From NCBI GenBank assembly GCA_046563655.1, contig CM102289.1:10106001-10170000 (forward strand): a DNA stretch of 64,000 nt, in the 5' to 3' direction. A model generated the notes under the pieces. That model did no database searches, had not been told where the DNA came from, and was given only the letters and a program-made list of their open reading frames with translations. How positions within the stretch are numbered: position 1 is the stretch's first letter; every line of letters begins with the position of its first letter. The translations under genes and the position numbers were made by a program. This document shows positions 40,901-54,809 of this stretch, in pieces. Source of the DNA: Yuukianura sp. NJ FZ-2021 (lineage: Eukaryota).

Positions 40901-43900
40901 ACCTAAAGAGCAAAATTCCCAAAATCCGAAAATCCTAAAACACTAAAAACCTAAAGAGCAAAATTCCCAAAATCCGAAAATCCTAAAACACGAAGGAGCA
41001 AAATTCTCAAAATTCGAAAATCCTAAAACACTAAAAATCTAAAGAGCAAAATTCCCAAAATCCGAAAATCCTAAAACACTAAAAACCTAAAGAGCAAAAT
41101 TCCCAAAATCCGGAAATCCTAAAACACTAAAAACCTAAAGAGCAAAATTCCCAAAATCCGAAAATCCTAAAACACTAAAAACCTAAAGAGCAAAATTCCC
41201 AAAATCCGAAAATCCTAAAACACTAAAAACCTAAAGAGCAAAATTCCCAAAATCCGAAAATCCTAAAACACTAAAAACCTAAAGAGCAAAATTCCCAAAA
41301 TCCGAAAATCCTAAAACACTAAAAACCTAAAGAGCAAAATTCCCAAAATCCGAAAATCCTAAAACACTAAAAACCTAAAGAGCAAAATTCCCAAAATCCG
41401 AAAATCCTAAAACACGAAGGAGCAAAATTCTCAAAATTCGAAAATCCTAAAACACTAAAAATCTAAAGAGCAAAATTCCCAAAATCCGAAAATCCTAAAA
41501 CACTAAAAACCTAAAGAGCAAAATTCCCAAAATCCGAAAATCCTAAAACACTAAAAACCTAAAGAGCAAAATTCCCAAAATCCGAAAATCCTAAAACACT
41601 AAAAACCTAAAGAGCAAAATTCCCAAAATCCGAAAATCCTAAAACACTAAAAACCTAAAGAGCAAAATTCCCAAAATCCGAAAATCCTAAAACACTAAAA
41701 ACCTAAAGAGCAAAACTTCCAAAATCCGAAAATCCTAAAACACTAAAATCCTAAAGAGCAAAACTCCCAAATTCCGAAAATCCTAAAACACTAAAATCCT
41801 AAAGAGCAAAACTCCCAAAATCCGAAAATCCTAAAACACAAAAATCCTAAAGAGCAAAACTCCCAAAATCCGAAAATCCTAAAACACGAAGAAGCAAAAT
41901 TCCCAAAATCCGAAAATCCTAAAACACTAAAAACCTAAAGAGCAAAATTCCCAAAATCCGAAAATCCTAAAACACTAAAAACCTAAAGAGCAAAATTCCC
42001 AAAATCCGAAAATCCTAAAACACTAAAAACCTAAAGAGCAAAATTCCCAAAATCCGAAAATCCTAAAACACTAAAAACCTAAAGAGCAAAATTCCCAAAA
42101 TCCGAAAATCCTAAAACACTAAAAACCTAAAGAGCAAAATTCCCAAAATCCGAAAATCCTAAAACACTAAAAACCTAAAGAGCAAAATTCCCAAAATCCG
42201 AAAATCCTAAAACACTAAAAACCTAAAGAGCAAAATTCCCAAAATCCGAAAATCCTAAAACACGAAGGAGCAAAATTCTCAAAATTCGAAAATCCTAAAA
42301 CACTAAAAATCTAAAGAGCAAAATTCCCAAAATCCGAAAATCCTAAAACACTAAAAACCTAAAGAGCAAAATTCCCAAAATCCGAAAATCCTAAAACACT
42401 AAAAACCTAAAGAGCAAAATTCCCAAAATCCGAAAATCCTAAAACACTAAAAACCTAAAGAGCAAAACTCCCAAAATCCGAAAATCCTAAAACACTAAAA
42501 TCCTAAAGAGCAAAACTCCCAAAATCCGAAATTCCTAAAACACGAAGAAGCAAAATTCCCAAAATCCGAAAATCCTAAAACACTAAAAACCTAAAAAGCA
42601 AAATTCCCAAAATCCGAAAATCCTAAAACACTAAAAACCTAAAGAGCAAAATTCCCAAAATCCGAAAATCCTAAAACACTAAAAACCTAAAGAGCAAAAT
42701 TCCCAAAATCCGAAAATCCTAAAACACTAAAAACCTAAAGAGCAAAATTCCCAAAATCCGAAAATCCTAAAACACGAAGGAGCAAAATTCTCAAAATTCG
42801 AAAATCCTAAAACACTAAAAATCTAAAGAGCAAAATTCCCAAAATCCGAAAATCCTAAAACACTAAAAACCTAAAGAGCAAAATTCCCAAAATCCGAAAA
42901 TCCTAAAACACTAAAAACCTAAAGAGCAAAATTCCCAAAATCCGAAAATCCTAAAACACGAAGGAGCAAAATTCTCAAAATTCGAAAATCCTAAAACACT
43001 AAAAATCTAAAGAGCAAAATTCCCAAAATCCGAAAATCCTAAAACACTAAAAACCTAAAGAGCAAAATTCCCAAAATCCGAAAATCCTAAAACACTAAAA
43101 ACCTAAAGAGCAAAATTCCCAAAATCCGAAAATCCTAAAACACTAAAAACCTAAAGAGCAAAATTCCCAAAATCCGAAAATCCTAAAACACTAAAAACCT
43201 AAAGAGCAAAATTCCCAAAATCCGAAAATCCTAAAACACGAAGGAGCAAAATTCTCAAAATTCGAAAATCCTAAAACACTAAAAATCTAAAGAGCAAAAT
43301 TCCCAAAATCCGAAAATCCTAAAACACAAAAAACCTAAAGAGCAAAATTCCCAAAATCCGAAAATCCTAAAACACTAAAAACCTAAAGAGCAAAATTCCC
43401 AAAATCCGAAAATCCTAAAACACGAAGGAGCAAAATTCTCAAAATTCGAAAATCCTAAAACACTAAAAATCTAAAGAGCAAAATTCCCAAAATCCGAAAA
43501 TCCTAAAACACTAAAAACCTAAAGAGCAAAATTCCCAAAATCCGAAAATCCTAAAACACTAAAAACCTAAAGAGCAAAATTCCCAAAATCCGAAAATCCT
43601 AAAACACGAAGGAGCAAAACTCCCAAAATCCGAAAATCCTAAAACACTAAAATCCTAAAGAGCAAAACTCCCAAAATCCGAAAATCCTAAAACACGAAGA
43701 AGCAAAATTCCCAAAATCCGAAAATCCTAAAACACTAAAAACCTAAAAAGCAAAATTCCCAAAATCCGAAAATCCTAAAACACTAAAAACCTAAAGAGCA
43801 AAATTCCCAAAATCCGAAAATCCTAAAACACTAAAAACCTAAAGAGCAAAATTCCCAAAATTCTAAAGTCCTAAAACACTAAAAACCTAAAGAGCAAAAT

Positions 43901-43910
43901 TCCCAAAACC
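37985..43910. repeat. 48-bp satellite (six 8-bp subunits), ~120 units, copy 1
   Basis: Unit AAAATCCG AAAATCCT AAAACACT AAAAACCT AAAGAGCA AAATTCCC; period 48 at 38881/38929; 40-bp variants lack one 8-mer. Confidence 0.97.
38109..38382. mobile_element. 274-bp MITE inserted near the start of the 48-bp satellite, copy 1
   Basis: 17-bp perfect TIR TAGGGGTCAACCATTTC / GAAATGGTTGACCCCTA; TSD not resolvable within the satellite. Confidence 0.88.
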
Positions 43911-44077
43911 AAAGCAGAATCACTGCTGAAAGCTGCAAAAGTTAGAGGTGTCTAAAATGTGGAAGACCATAGCGCTTAAGTCACCGTGGCCAAATTCCCG
44001 AATTTTTGTATCATTCCCCGCTTAGAAAAGAATTAAGCTTAATATTCAACATTTATTATCATTTTACAACAAAATGT

Positions 44078-44275
44078 CAAAGGACCATACCGGAATTCCC
44101 ATAAGAATGAGATTCTTTGGGCCACATGGAGGTTTTGCATTGAGCGAGATGGGAGGAAATACACGGAGAGGAGAAAAACTCTTTTCCCATACATTTCTCT
44201 CATCTCATCGCCCATCTCTCGCAATGCAACTCGCTCTCTGGGCCCAGCCTTATAGAAACCCGGTAAGGCCCTTTG
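44078..44275. mobile_element. Old ~200-bp imperfect fold-back (MITE-like)
   Basis: Nested pairing CAAAGG/CCTTTG, TACCGG/CCGGTA, ATAAG/CTTAT and TTGCATTGAGCGAGATGGG/CCCATCTCTCGCAATGCAA. Confidence 0.6.
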
Positions 44276-44479
44276 GATCACTGCTCTTTATTTTATAGAT
44301 AACCATAAAATTTTTATAGCGCTTGTATTCATTAACTAGGCAAAACTTATTATAAAAAATAGTTTTAGTATTTGATTTAAGAAGAAAGGAATGGATGCCA
44401 AAATGATAGATGCGTGAGTGAGTAGTAAGAAGTAATGTCAATGTCTTACTCTCAAACCACAAAAGCTGGCTCAATATTC

Positions 44480-45738
44480 TTTGTCAGGACTATAATATCG
44501 TTCAGTCTTTTGTAGGAGCTTATTCGGCCTGGACCTATCGCAGATGGTGTGAGAGTTGAATACGAGTTAGTAGCAAGTGTTTCAGTAAGTATGCTGTTTG
44601 GACCTGCATCCAAGCCAGTTCGCAGCAAGTATATGGAAATGTATAAATTGAAGTATGGGAAATGTGCAGTCGGACAGTCCAGAAGTTGCTGTTCGATCGA
44701 GGACGAGCCTACTTACGCGCAAAAAGCTGTGTCTTTTGCTTATTTGATCGAAGACGAAACACCCAATGATAAATTTTATAAAGAAGAATTTACAAAGAAG
44801 AAAGTTAGAGGTTTGAAACCTAGAAGCGCTGATGCGGGAAGGAATGCAAGTTCTGGTATTAAATTTTCCACTTTAGTTGGTGGTAAATTCGAGGATTCCA
44901 AGAGGTATGATTTGTTTGTTATACGAACTACTCAAAACTGGGTCCAAGTTAACGAACCTATTTAACGTTAGCATCATTTGTCTTTAGCACAACATCATCT
45001 GCTTGTACGGATACGATTGAAAACAGGGCACTTGACCCAACGGTTACTCCTCCCATCATGGAGTCAGTGGAGACACAAGACGACGACCATAGTCGAACCG
45101 AACTGGATGATTTGGAGTAGGATTTTCATGAAATTATGATAAATTGAGATTGTTCTTTAATTATAATTATTGAGGTTGCGTTTCTAACTACTTGCTTTTA
45201 TTTATTTTAGAAATTCTAACTGCACAGGAGCCTCAAAAAATAATGATGTTAAGAAAGCAGTTAATGTTATTCCTGCTGCTCTGGAAATGAACGATACTAC
45301 TGTTGCATGCAGCCAAGCATCATTTGTTACAGTAAATGAAAATTGTCATAGGTTAGTAACCAAAATCTTGTTCCTTCGACTTTAATTTTTTTTAATTTCA
45401 ATGCACTTTTTGTTTATAAATTTGTCATTTGTAGGGAGCATACTCCGAGAGGCCTACTCAAAAATATAGATGAAAAACGATTATTTGACTCTATTTATGA
45501 GGTGGCTCAAATCAGCGGAATGCGGTCACTTGGAAGGAATCAATACAAGTGGAAAAGGGTTTGCGAATTAGTTGAATCCTTTAATACTACATCTTTCAAG
45601 TCCAAGCAATGGAATTGGGGTGGTGTAAAAAATTTCTTTTACAATAATCTTATGAAACATGCACGCTACAAGTTATATTATCCTCAAAATTCTGATGCTC
45701 GAATTTACTTTGAAACAAAATATACACGGAAAAAGTAG
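44480..45738 (+). other. Degenerate spliced coding remnant of unknown origin (possibly TE-derived; last part weakly Myb/SANT-like)
   Basis: ORFs 44549-44965 and 45502-45738, GT-AG-like boundaries, W-spaced motif KWKRVCELV..QWNWGGVKNFFYNNL. Confidence 0.25.
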
Positions 45739-45759
45739 GAAGCTTCTTATCGTGTTTAT

Positions 45760-46680
45760 GCGGGATTCCAAAATGGAAGTCAATTTGGGATTCCAAAATG
45801 GAAGTCGAAATGGGACTCCTAAACGGGTTAGTTTCAACTCAAAATGGATGTCAATATGGGACTCCAAAATGGACGTCCAATTAGACTCCCAAAGAGTTGT
45901 TTAAACTCAAAATGGGATTCCAAAGTGGAACTTAATTTGGGATTCCAAAATGGAAGTCAAAATGGGACTCCTAAAGGGGTTAGTTTCAACTCAAAATGGA
46001 AGTCAAAATGGGACTCCAAAATGGAAGTCAAAATGGGACTCCTAAAGGGGTTAGTTTCAACTCAAAATGGAAGTCAAAATGGGACTCCAAAATGGAAGCG
46101 ACTCCAAACCCCTCAGTTTTAATTCAAAATTTAAGTCCATGCAATCGATACACAGTTGGTTTGCACCGACTGTATATGGCAAGAAAGAGCAAGGAAAAAT
46201 ACGTGGCTGGAGTGGGACTCGAACCCACATCATTACCATTCCGGGGTAACCGCTCTCACCATTGAGCTACCCAGACACAGTACTTTCCTGCTCTGAAATT
46301 CTGCCTTTTAACCTGAACAGTCCAAGTACGACAGCCCTTCATTTCAACTCAAAATGGAACTCCAAATGGACTCCTAAATTCTCTCCTAATTTCAACCCAA
46401 AATGAAAGTCAAAATGGGACTTCAAAATGGACGTCCAAAAGGGACTTCAAAATGGAAGTCGAAAATGGACTCCCAAAGCACTGTCCCAATTTCAACTCCA
46501 AATGGAATCCCAAAGTCGACTCCCAATGCCCTCTCCTAATTTTACTCCTAAGTGGAAGTAGAAATTGGACTCCGAAAGCACTGTCCCAATTTCAAACAAA
46601 ATGAAGTCCAAATGGGACTTCAAAACGGAAGTCCAAATGGGACTCCAAACGCCTCAGTTTCAACTCAAAATGGAAGTCCA
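45760..46680. repeat. AAAATGGGACTCC / AAAATGGAAGTC degenerate tandem repeat, copy 2
   Basis: Homologous to 26920-27790. Confidence 0.85.
46140..46319 (-). mobile_element. 180-bp solo-LTR-like element containing a tRNA-like Pol III cassette (46204-46276)
   Basis: TG...CA termini, 5-bp TSD GTCCA at 46135-46139 and 46320-46324, absent at the homologous site (~27065-27080). Internal cloverleaf-like sequence with A and B boxes followed by TTTTT. Confidence 0.85.
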
Positions 46681-47354
46681 AATAGGTGAAAATAAAGTTT
46701 TTGGAAAAAGTTTATCTGTTAAGGTGATTACATACTGTGAGAATAAATTTTTTGGAAAAAAGTTTTTCTTTTAAGGTAATTATACATACTGTAACGTAAG
46801 AATTAAATTTTTGAAAAAGTTTCTCTCTTAAGGTGATTACATACTCTGAGAATTATATTTTTGAAAAAGATTTCTTTTAAGGTGATTACATACTATGAGA
46901 ATAAAATTTTTGAAAATTTTTCTTTCTTAAGGTGACTACATTCTATGAGTATTAAACCTACGTTGCACCTATGTTTTAAACTTATGTCTACGTTTCACCA
47001 CGAAGGTCGATGGACGTGCAGATTTCGACTCAGAATACTGCGTACATCTTGAGTGAATGTCGAGGCGTCTAATACTTTGAGGATGAGGAGGGCGGTAGCA
47101 TCTGTGAACCAGGATTTGATCAGCATTGCATTGGCTACAGGCACAGACCACTAGTTAGTTAAATAGTCATTTGGACTGAATCAGCTCTTGAGGTTAAGTT
47201 AGCCGGGTAAGAGCGATAAGCTTCTGGTGAGTTGTCCAGAATAAATATGGAGTTGAGACCATTGGAAATGATGGACAGATCCTTCGAGAAGGAACCCAAG
47301 TGAAGAGTGCAGTGTTGTCGCCAGTATCTCGTCTCCAGGCTGGAGAATCTCCAG

Positions 47355-49730
47355 ATTTAGGTTTCGAATCGGTTTCAGTGTCATTGTCTTTGCTTCCTTC
47401 CTCTTTTTTACTTTCTTCACCGCCAGCATTCTCAGACTGTTCGCTGTTCTCTCCGTTTGTGCTGGAATATCATCTCCACTCCCTGTAAAATGAAATGTTT
47501 CCATCACAATCTAATTCAAATGCTAAATCCCGCTTATTTCAAAATTAACCTGAAAATAACTTGCTAAAAGCTGATCCCAATTTAGACAGGGTATCCTCTT
47601 CTGGAGAAGCAACTGTTTCCACGGTTGCATTCTTCTGAAAAACAGATTCTACTAGTAGAGTGAGACTGATGATTCCATTTTCGTCCAAATTGTAATGGGC
47701 TTTGACGCCTTTCACTTCAATACCATCGCCAATATTTTTAACACCTTTCAGATTCACTTTGGTAATGGTAGGAGTCTCGGTGGCACTAAAAACAACAAAA
47801 ATGGAAATCAGCTGATACTTAAATTAACAAATTAAAAGTAAATCTTACTTGGCTTGGTGTGCTGGAACTTGCAACTCGCCGTAGCTGACGTAGAAACTGA
47901 AATCGTCTACATGCTTGTTGAATGTTCAGATCTTCTTCTGTGGATAAGGATTCATGTAAGAAAAGAGAGTTCGGCGAACAGTCTTGGATGGCCGGGCGGC
48001 TCCATTTTCTCCGTCCAGTTCCCGCTCAAAATCGACCTGCAAAAGAAACATTTCATTATTTGATGACTAATTTGAGCGATTTGTTTTAAAAACTTACCAA
48101 AATGGGAAAGAGAACAGCATTTTTGGTCAAAAACTTTTTCACTTTGAATCCAGAGCTGAGATCAGTTGCTTTGTAAACGGCGCCCATCACTGCAGCCTCG
48201 TCCGTGTTCTGACTCTTTCCTAATTCTCGTTTCAAAACTTCAGTCAGTTTTTCCTGGACTTTTGGAATACGCGTTCCAGCTCCAACTAAAATGACTTGGT
48301 CAATGAGGTCCCTTGTAATTCCAGCGGCTGTTAACGCTTGTTCAACTGGATAGTTGACACGTTCGACCAGATCTTCACATAAACTCTCAAACTCGGCACG
48401 GGAAACGGAAGTTTTGAAGTCTTGTTCATCCAAAAGACCTTCAACCTGTAATCAAAAAGTCAGCACATTTCAAACATCGTTTTCAAAATTTAGTTCTTTC
48501 GAAGTGTTTTCATATTTTCATGGTTGAATCATTTAAATGGTGACTTCCCTGCATGTAACATGAACCGAAGCGCATTCTTTTACATTTGAAGTTTGAACGG
48601 AATAACAAGGAAAAAGTTGCCATTCGAAAATACTTCAAAAGTAGTAAAAAAAATGAAGTAGAAACGTAGAAAAAAATTTTTACCTGAGCGTAGTGATCAG
48701 CGTTAGCACTCAAAACGTTTTTGAGTCCGCCGGTTTCCTTGAACAATTTGGCCAGGGTACGGCGGCTAGTAAAAACATTAGTTTCGGTCTTCTTCAGGTC
48801 ATTGAAAGCCTTGCCCAGAAAATCCCTCAGCCGAAGTTGCATTTCCAGACCACCCAGTGTATGATCGTATCTGAAACCAAGTGAATCAGCTGATCAACTT
48901 ATTTCTGAAAACATGATGTTCGCAGTGTAATTTCAAATTCTAGACTTACCCAACACCAAGAATTGTCAACTGTGGATTAGTTTCAACTACTCCCTTCTCC
49001 TTAGTTTTCGTCATCTGATAGCTGATTACAGTAGCAACTGTAGTGGATGCTCCCATGTCATACAAGAGAAGGTGCTGAGGAGTCTCGTTGAAATCTTTTC
49101 AACAAAAAATACAATAGTTCAAAGCACCTAACAACATTCAAGTGTATTAAAAACGCCATTCCGACGAATAAAATTATCAAAATTCAAATATTTTGTGAGA
49201 GATTGATTACTGACCGTGGTTGCGTTTATGAACTGAAGAACATTGATATCCGCCAATTCGGATGCGTGCAGAACTGCTTGTCTGTCGGCTTGGTTGAAAT
49301 AAGGTGGAACGGTGATGAGTGCTTCCATGACCGGTTGACTAGAAAACTCCTGAGCATAGTCACGCGCTTGGCTTAGAATCATTCCAAGGAGTTCCTCAGA
49401 TGAATAAAAAGGTTCACTACAAACAGATAAATCAGTAATTAATAATTAATCATCAATCAGCTGTTATCGATTTAGGTTACGGCACCTGTCATGTTGAAAA
49501 AGAACTGTCCCACAGTCAGGATCAGGAACTAAGTTGTAGTAAGGAAATCTCTTTTGATAAAGCTCTACAATTGGATTATCAATCTTCTTTACCAAGAGTT
49601 CCAAGAAGTAAAGGTAAGCATTGGATGGGAAACGAACTGCTACGTTCAGTGCATCTTCTCCAATGAGCCGCTCATTGTCACGGAACGATACGGCAACTGG
49701 TGTTTTCCGCTTTGACTTGGGCACTCCAGG
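47355..49730 (-). pseudogene. HYOU1: HYOU1 fragment, copy 2
   Basis: Same exons as copy 1, e.g. MDEQDFKTSVSRAEFESLCEDLVERV..VGAGTRIPKVQEKL..NTDEAAVMGAVYKA. Confidence 0.92.
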
Positions 49731-49815
49731 CTATAATAAAACGTATTAAGAGTCCAGCATCCTCCTCCCCTTGTCCACTTCATCCGCAACTCCTGTTTTC
49801 AAATTCACAACTTAA

Positions 49816-51046
49816 ATGGGATTTGGAAACTTCAATTAAGATCTCTTACCCGATTTTTGGATTGTGTTTCCTGGGATTCGTTACTGTAGTGCATTTGGAA
49901 AAGAGTTTCTTCACATCCTCTCTAGTCACATCGGCATGAATGTTCGTCACGTAGAGACAAAATGGGTCAATGTGCTCAGGGTTATTCGTCACACGCGTGT
50001 CACTGTCCAGTTTCTCCTCCACCTTAGAATAAAAACAAAGCTAGATAACTATCAACCCAAGCAAGAGAATAAAGATACTTGGAGGTTTTAGAATGAACTG
50101 GAAATGTTTAAACTTACGGTGATATTTGAACCAGCGAATTTGACTTTCTTCAAGGCTTCCACTCCCTTCTTGACGTCTGCGTCGTGCTTGAAGATGACGA
50201 GAAACTGTCTGGGCTCGACAGATTTGGCAAAGACTGCAATTTCGATGCCCCCATGCCACGCCTTCACAATTTGCTGTGATGGGAGGGTCATGCACTTTGA
50301 TCAAGTACACACGACCACCATGACCCAGCTCCTGCTCCGCCTTCATTCCTCGCTCGCAGGCTCCAGCCGGTCTTGGATTAGAACCCAATTTCTAAACACA
50401 GTCACAAGTTTACCAATTGGGAAGAAAGGTAGTGGAAAAGCGTGGATTACTTACGCTAGTCAAGCGTTGGAATCGGCCCTTCGTCTGGGCTTTCTTGTGA
50501 ATGTTCTTACTCTGCGCAGAAACTTTATTCAATCCTCCCTTGGCTTGATCTTTCTTCTGGAACTTGTGCTTTGGCTGTTGCGTGGCTGGAGCTTTCGGTG
50601 GCGAAGTGCCTTTCGTCACTTCCACCTTCTTTGCACCCACTGGTGGAGGAGCCACTTTCTTGTTCAAATTCTGAGGTTGAGTCTTCTGATTGTCATGCTT
50701 CTGTTCCTGTTTCGGAGGATCTCCACCTTACAGCCAAAAAACAGTTTAGAAAAGTTGATTCCAGATATCTGAAAGTAATTAACTGGTTTGGTTACCTTTG
50801 CATTGTGGCTGCTTGGTACTTTGTTGACTACCGAAGGACTTGTTTCCTCCGAATTTATTGGGACGCTGACCTTGAAGTCCTCCAGGGGATTTACCTTGTT
50901 GGTTTTTGGGAAATTTGGATGGGTATTGTTTCCCCCAACGGACTGCAAACACAAAACACAATCTTCAAGTCATAATTAAGTCAAGACTTAAGTAAGGAAG
51001 GAAAAATAGGAAAACTTACCTTTCGTTTCTCGGCTGCCATGATCAT
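49816..51046 (-). pseudogene. RRM gene 5' fragment, copy 2
   Basis: Homologous to 30913-32138 with additional indels. Confidence 0.7.
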
Positions 51047-51242
51047 GTTCCCTTCAACTATTCTGTACTTCCTACCAGGAAACAACTTGTGGATTAAGCA
51101 ATGAACAGACGGTGACCTTTAAGTTGGACGACGTCGAGGTCAACGTAATGACAACTGGATGAGCGACTACTGCTGACAAGGAGGAATTCAAAGTGAATCT
51201 GAGAACAGGGACTTCCACTTCACAGAGGAGTAACAAGTAACT

Positions 51243-51420
51243 CCACTGGTCTTATTTATAACTTTTTCTTTTCTGAGTGCGGACCACGCGTGTAACAAAA
51301 ATTCCGCCATAAAGTCACTATCGGAGGCTAATACTCGGAAAAGAGTAGAAACTGCAGATAGAGTTATCTGATTCTTAGACACTCCTATGTTTTGTACTTG
51401 ACACAAAGTGCGGGAACCTA
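51243..51420 (+). promoter_or_regulatory. Shared upstream element, copy D' (duplicate of D)
   Basis: Near-identical to 32335-32510. Confidence 0.65.
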
Positions 51421-51692
51421 ATTTAAATAGTTTAAGTTGTTAGATTTAACAAATCTACAATTCGATTACAAGAAAACAATTACTAAATTAATTAGTAATG
51501 AAGAATAATTATCTGTTGCTTTGCTTCAGTTTGAATAACAACTTGTGCAACTGTTGTTATTCACTTGATCTGGACCTGGAGGATTAGTGGAGGAAGACTC
51601 GTCTCCAATCAACTAAACGGTAACAATGTAACTTAAAAGGGAATCAGTTTTTACATGTGTTTTTATATCCTTAGGTCAATTGGTTGTTAGCG

Positions 51693-52202
51693 ATTAGTGA
51701 CTCGGACGACACTGACTTGGAGAACTTACAACTGGCCCTCAGCAGTCTCCTCAAGAACAACTTCCCACTTCAGACGAGTGAGTGCTGTGAGTGTTTCCCT
51801 GTCCACTTAGTACTTTTCAATCATCATAGTGTTTCGTTTGTTTTATATTAGGTCTTTTACCGTTCAACCTCCAACCTCATCTCAATTGAACCGGTGGAGA
51901 ACTCCAAAAGAAGAATGAGGATGATGGACCCACAGTAGAGGAAGATGACAACGGACAGAGTGACGACAGGAGCAGTGGAAGCGAATATGCGGTTGTCGGT
52001 AATTGTCACAACCAATGAAGCTAAAGGAACTGGACGTTGTTATGAATTTGTCGCTGACTGTTGTGTTTTTCTAGAAGAGGGACTTTCTGTTTCATGTGGT
52101 GATGTGGACCAAGTGATTGAGGAAGTTGTTGTGTCGGAGGGTGAGAACATGAACATGACAAGTCCAGAGGAAGAAGAGGCTGAAGATGCCGCCGTCAGTT
52201 AG
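51693..52202 (+). pseudogene. Unidentified gene 5' fragment, copy 2
   Basis: Homologous to 32794-33306. Confidence 0.5.
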
Positions 52203-52261
52203 CCATGCTTCTTTCGACGAGATTCACTTAGGAGTGCATTAGGAGTAACCTAATGTCAGAC

Positions 52262-52659
52262 CGAGACGATTTGCTCAGTCGTCGATTCACGCCACATGAC
52301 AACACGAGTATCAACATTGACTATTCCATCCAGCATCATAGTTCTCTCCAGGTTAGCTCATAACATCATAAACTACAAATCCCGCAATGCCAAATAAAAT
52401 GTCACTTTACCAGAACGCCCACCGTGGAATCGATGACATGCTGTCGCAGGGATACCAAATACTTGGGAATTTGCGTGATCAGGAGTCCATCCTGAAGCAA
52501 ACGAAGACAAGGATTCTAAACTTTACAAACACACTGGGACTATCTAACACCGTGATGCAGTTCATAGAACGCCGTGCATACCAAGACAAGTTTGTTCTCT
52601 ACGGTGAGATGCTTCTCACACTAACCATCATCTTTTTCATTTACATGTACTTTCTCTAG
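52262..52659 (+). pseudogene. GOSR2: GOSR2/membrin 3' fragment, copy 2
   Basis: NAHRGIDDMLSQGYQILGNLRDQESILKQTKTRILNFTNTLGLSNTVMQFIERRAYQDKF plus TM. Confidence 0.87.
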
Positions 52660-52867
52660 ACCTTTCTCCCAACTTCATCTGTGATTCGTCTCCCTAACTT
52701 CTAAGCTTATTAAATCATATCGTCCGTTTTCCTAAAATACGAGAGGATCTACCGGAGAGAAGAAGTGATTAGAATTAGTTGGATATTTCGTTTTAATCAA
52801 AGATACCTCGCCATGCCATCCACTGAAGTTTAATGGAAACTAGTGTTTAATTAGTAATTGAAGTACA

Positions 52868-53382
<515 letters not shown>

Positions 53383-54809
53383 TTTGTAGTTTCTGGATTT
53401 GATGAAAGAAAGGACTTGTTAAGGGACCTGGACAGCAATAGGATACGAATGAAACCATTTGAATGGTTCATGAGTCGGTAGTTACTCGTAAGAATGAATT
53501 AGTGCTTACCTAGTAAATCGTTGACCACGACCAGTAGACCAGTAACACCGAAACACGTTTCTTCCTTGTTACTCGCAAAGAACGAAATGCACAAATGATG
53601 GACAGAGACCGTATCCTCCTCCCCTTGTCCACTTCATCCCCAACTCCTGTTTTCAAATTCACAACTTAATTAACTTTATCCTACTTACAAATTCCACTCT
53701 AAATCCGAATTTAATTTTGAATAAACATACCTGCACCGTAGATGTCCATTGAGGCAGTGAACACGACCAACTCGAACCATTTGGAAACCTACGCAAAGGA
53801 ATTCATTTGTTATCATGCATGTTGTCTTTATGCATTAAAACTTACGACATCCAGGAAGTAGTGGACGTGTGGTCGTTTGTGGACAAAAACCGAACTGGAT
53901 GCCGCTCAATCGTTACTTTGAGTATAAAGTCCGGAGGTGTCCCTGGCTTAACGGTTTGCCTAAACAAAGTAGAGATTGATGGAGATGCTAATTAAAAGTA
54001 CGAGTTCCAGACAGTACCTTTGAACTCCATCGTGATGAGAATGGATGAGTGTTTCGTCCAGGTCCAGTACGAGTACTTTCCTCCGAACGACTGACAGCCT
54101 ATGTTTAGATAAAGGTGACAATGGGATCTCCTCATACTTGACTGCTTGATGTTGAATAATCTAAAACAGTGGAAATGGGGCAGTCAATTACACAATGTGC
54201 TTGGATTTGGTTGCCTTACCTTCCTTGCGTTCTTCTTCATGAAATAGGTGAGGCAGTTCCAAATTCTGTTGAGAAAAAGTAGGACATGTCTAATGGCCAC
54301 TTCCGCATATTTCCACATCGCAACGTCAATCTCCAGAAGAAAGGACGAAACGTGTGGAAGTCCAATCAAACGTTGGTCCTTGGAGTGTGGATCTGGAGAA
54401 AGAAGAGTCCAAACTATGAGAATAATCGATGACCAAATGACTGGATTCCAGTCAACTACTTTTACTTGACTTTAATTGTGTTGTTCCTTACCTTAACCTT
54501 TGATAAATAGTTGATCCAGCTTCAGTTTGTAGTAGTGCTGGTTGTAGATAAACTAAAACTCAGTTTAATTGGTTTAATTAATTAGTTAATCGTGAACTTT
54601 GCACTACTATACTATAAGAAAGAAGAAATGAATAAAACAACTGAAATCTATAATTTTTAAAAGTAAATCAGCTGGCGCATGCGCGCACTCGCAATAACAA
54701 AATTGAAAATTTTGAGTAGAGGTCGGCGCCTCGCACTTCATAGCCACAAAAACTGCAAAGCACCATTAATTAAATTAATTACTTGATTACTCTTTAATTA
54801 AAGCATATA

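Noticed and set aside
46204..46276. Functional tRNA gene
   Set aside because: 6-bp anticodon stem, no U33, acceptor mismatch, and it sits inside a TSD-flanked insertion.
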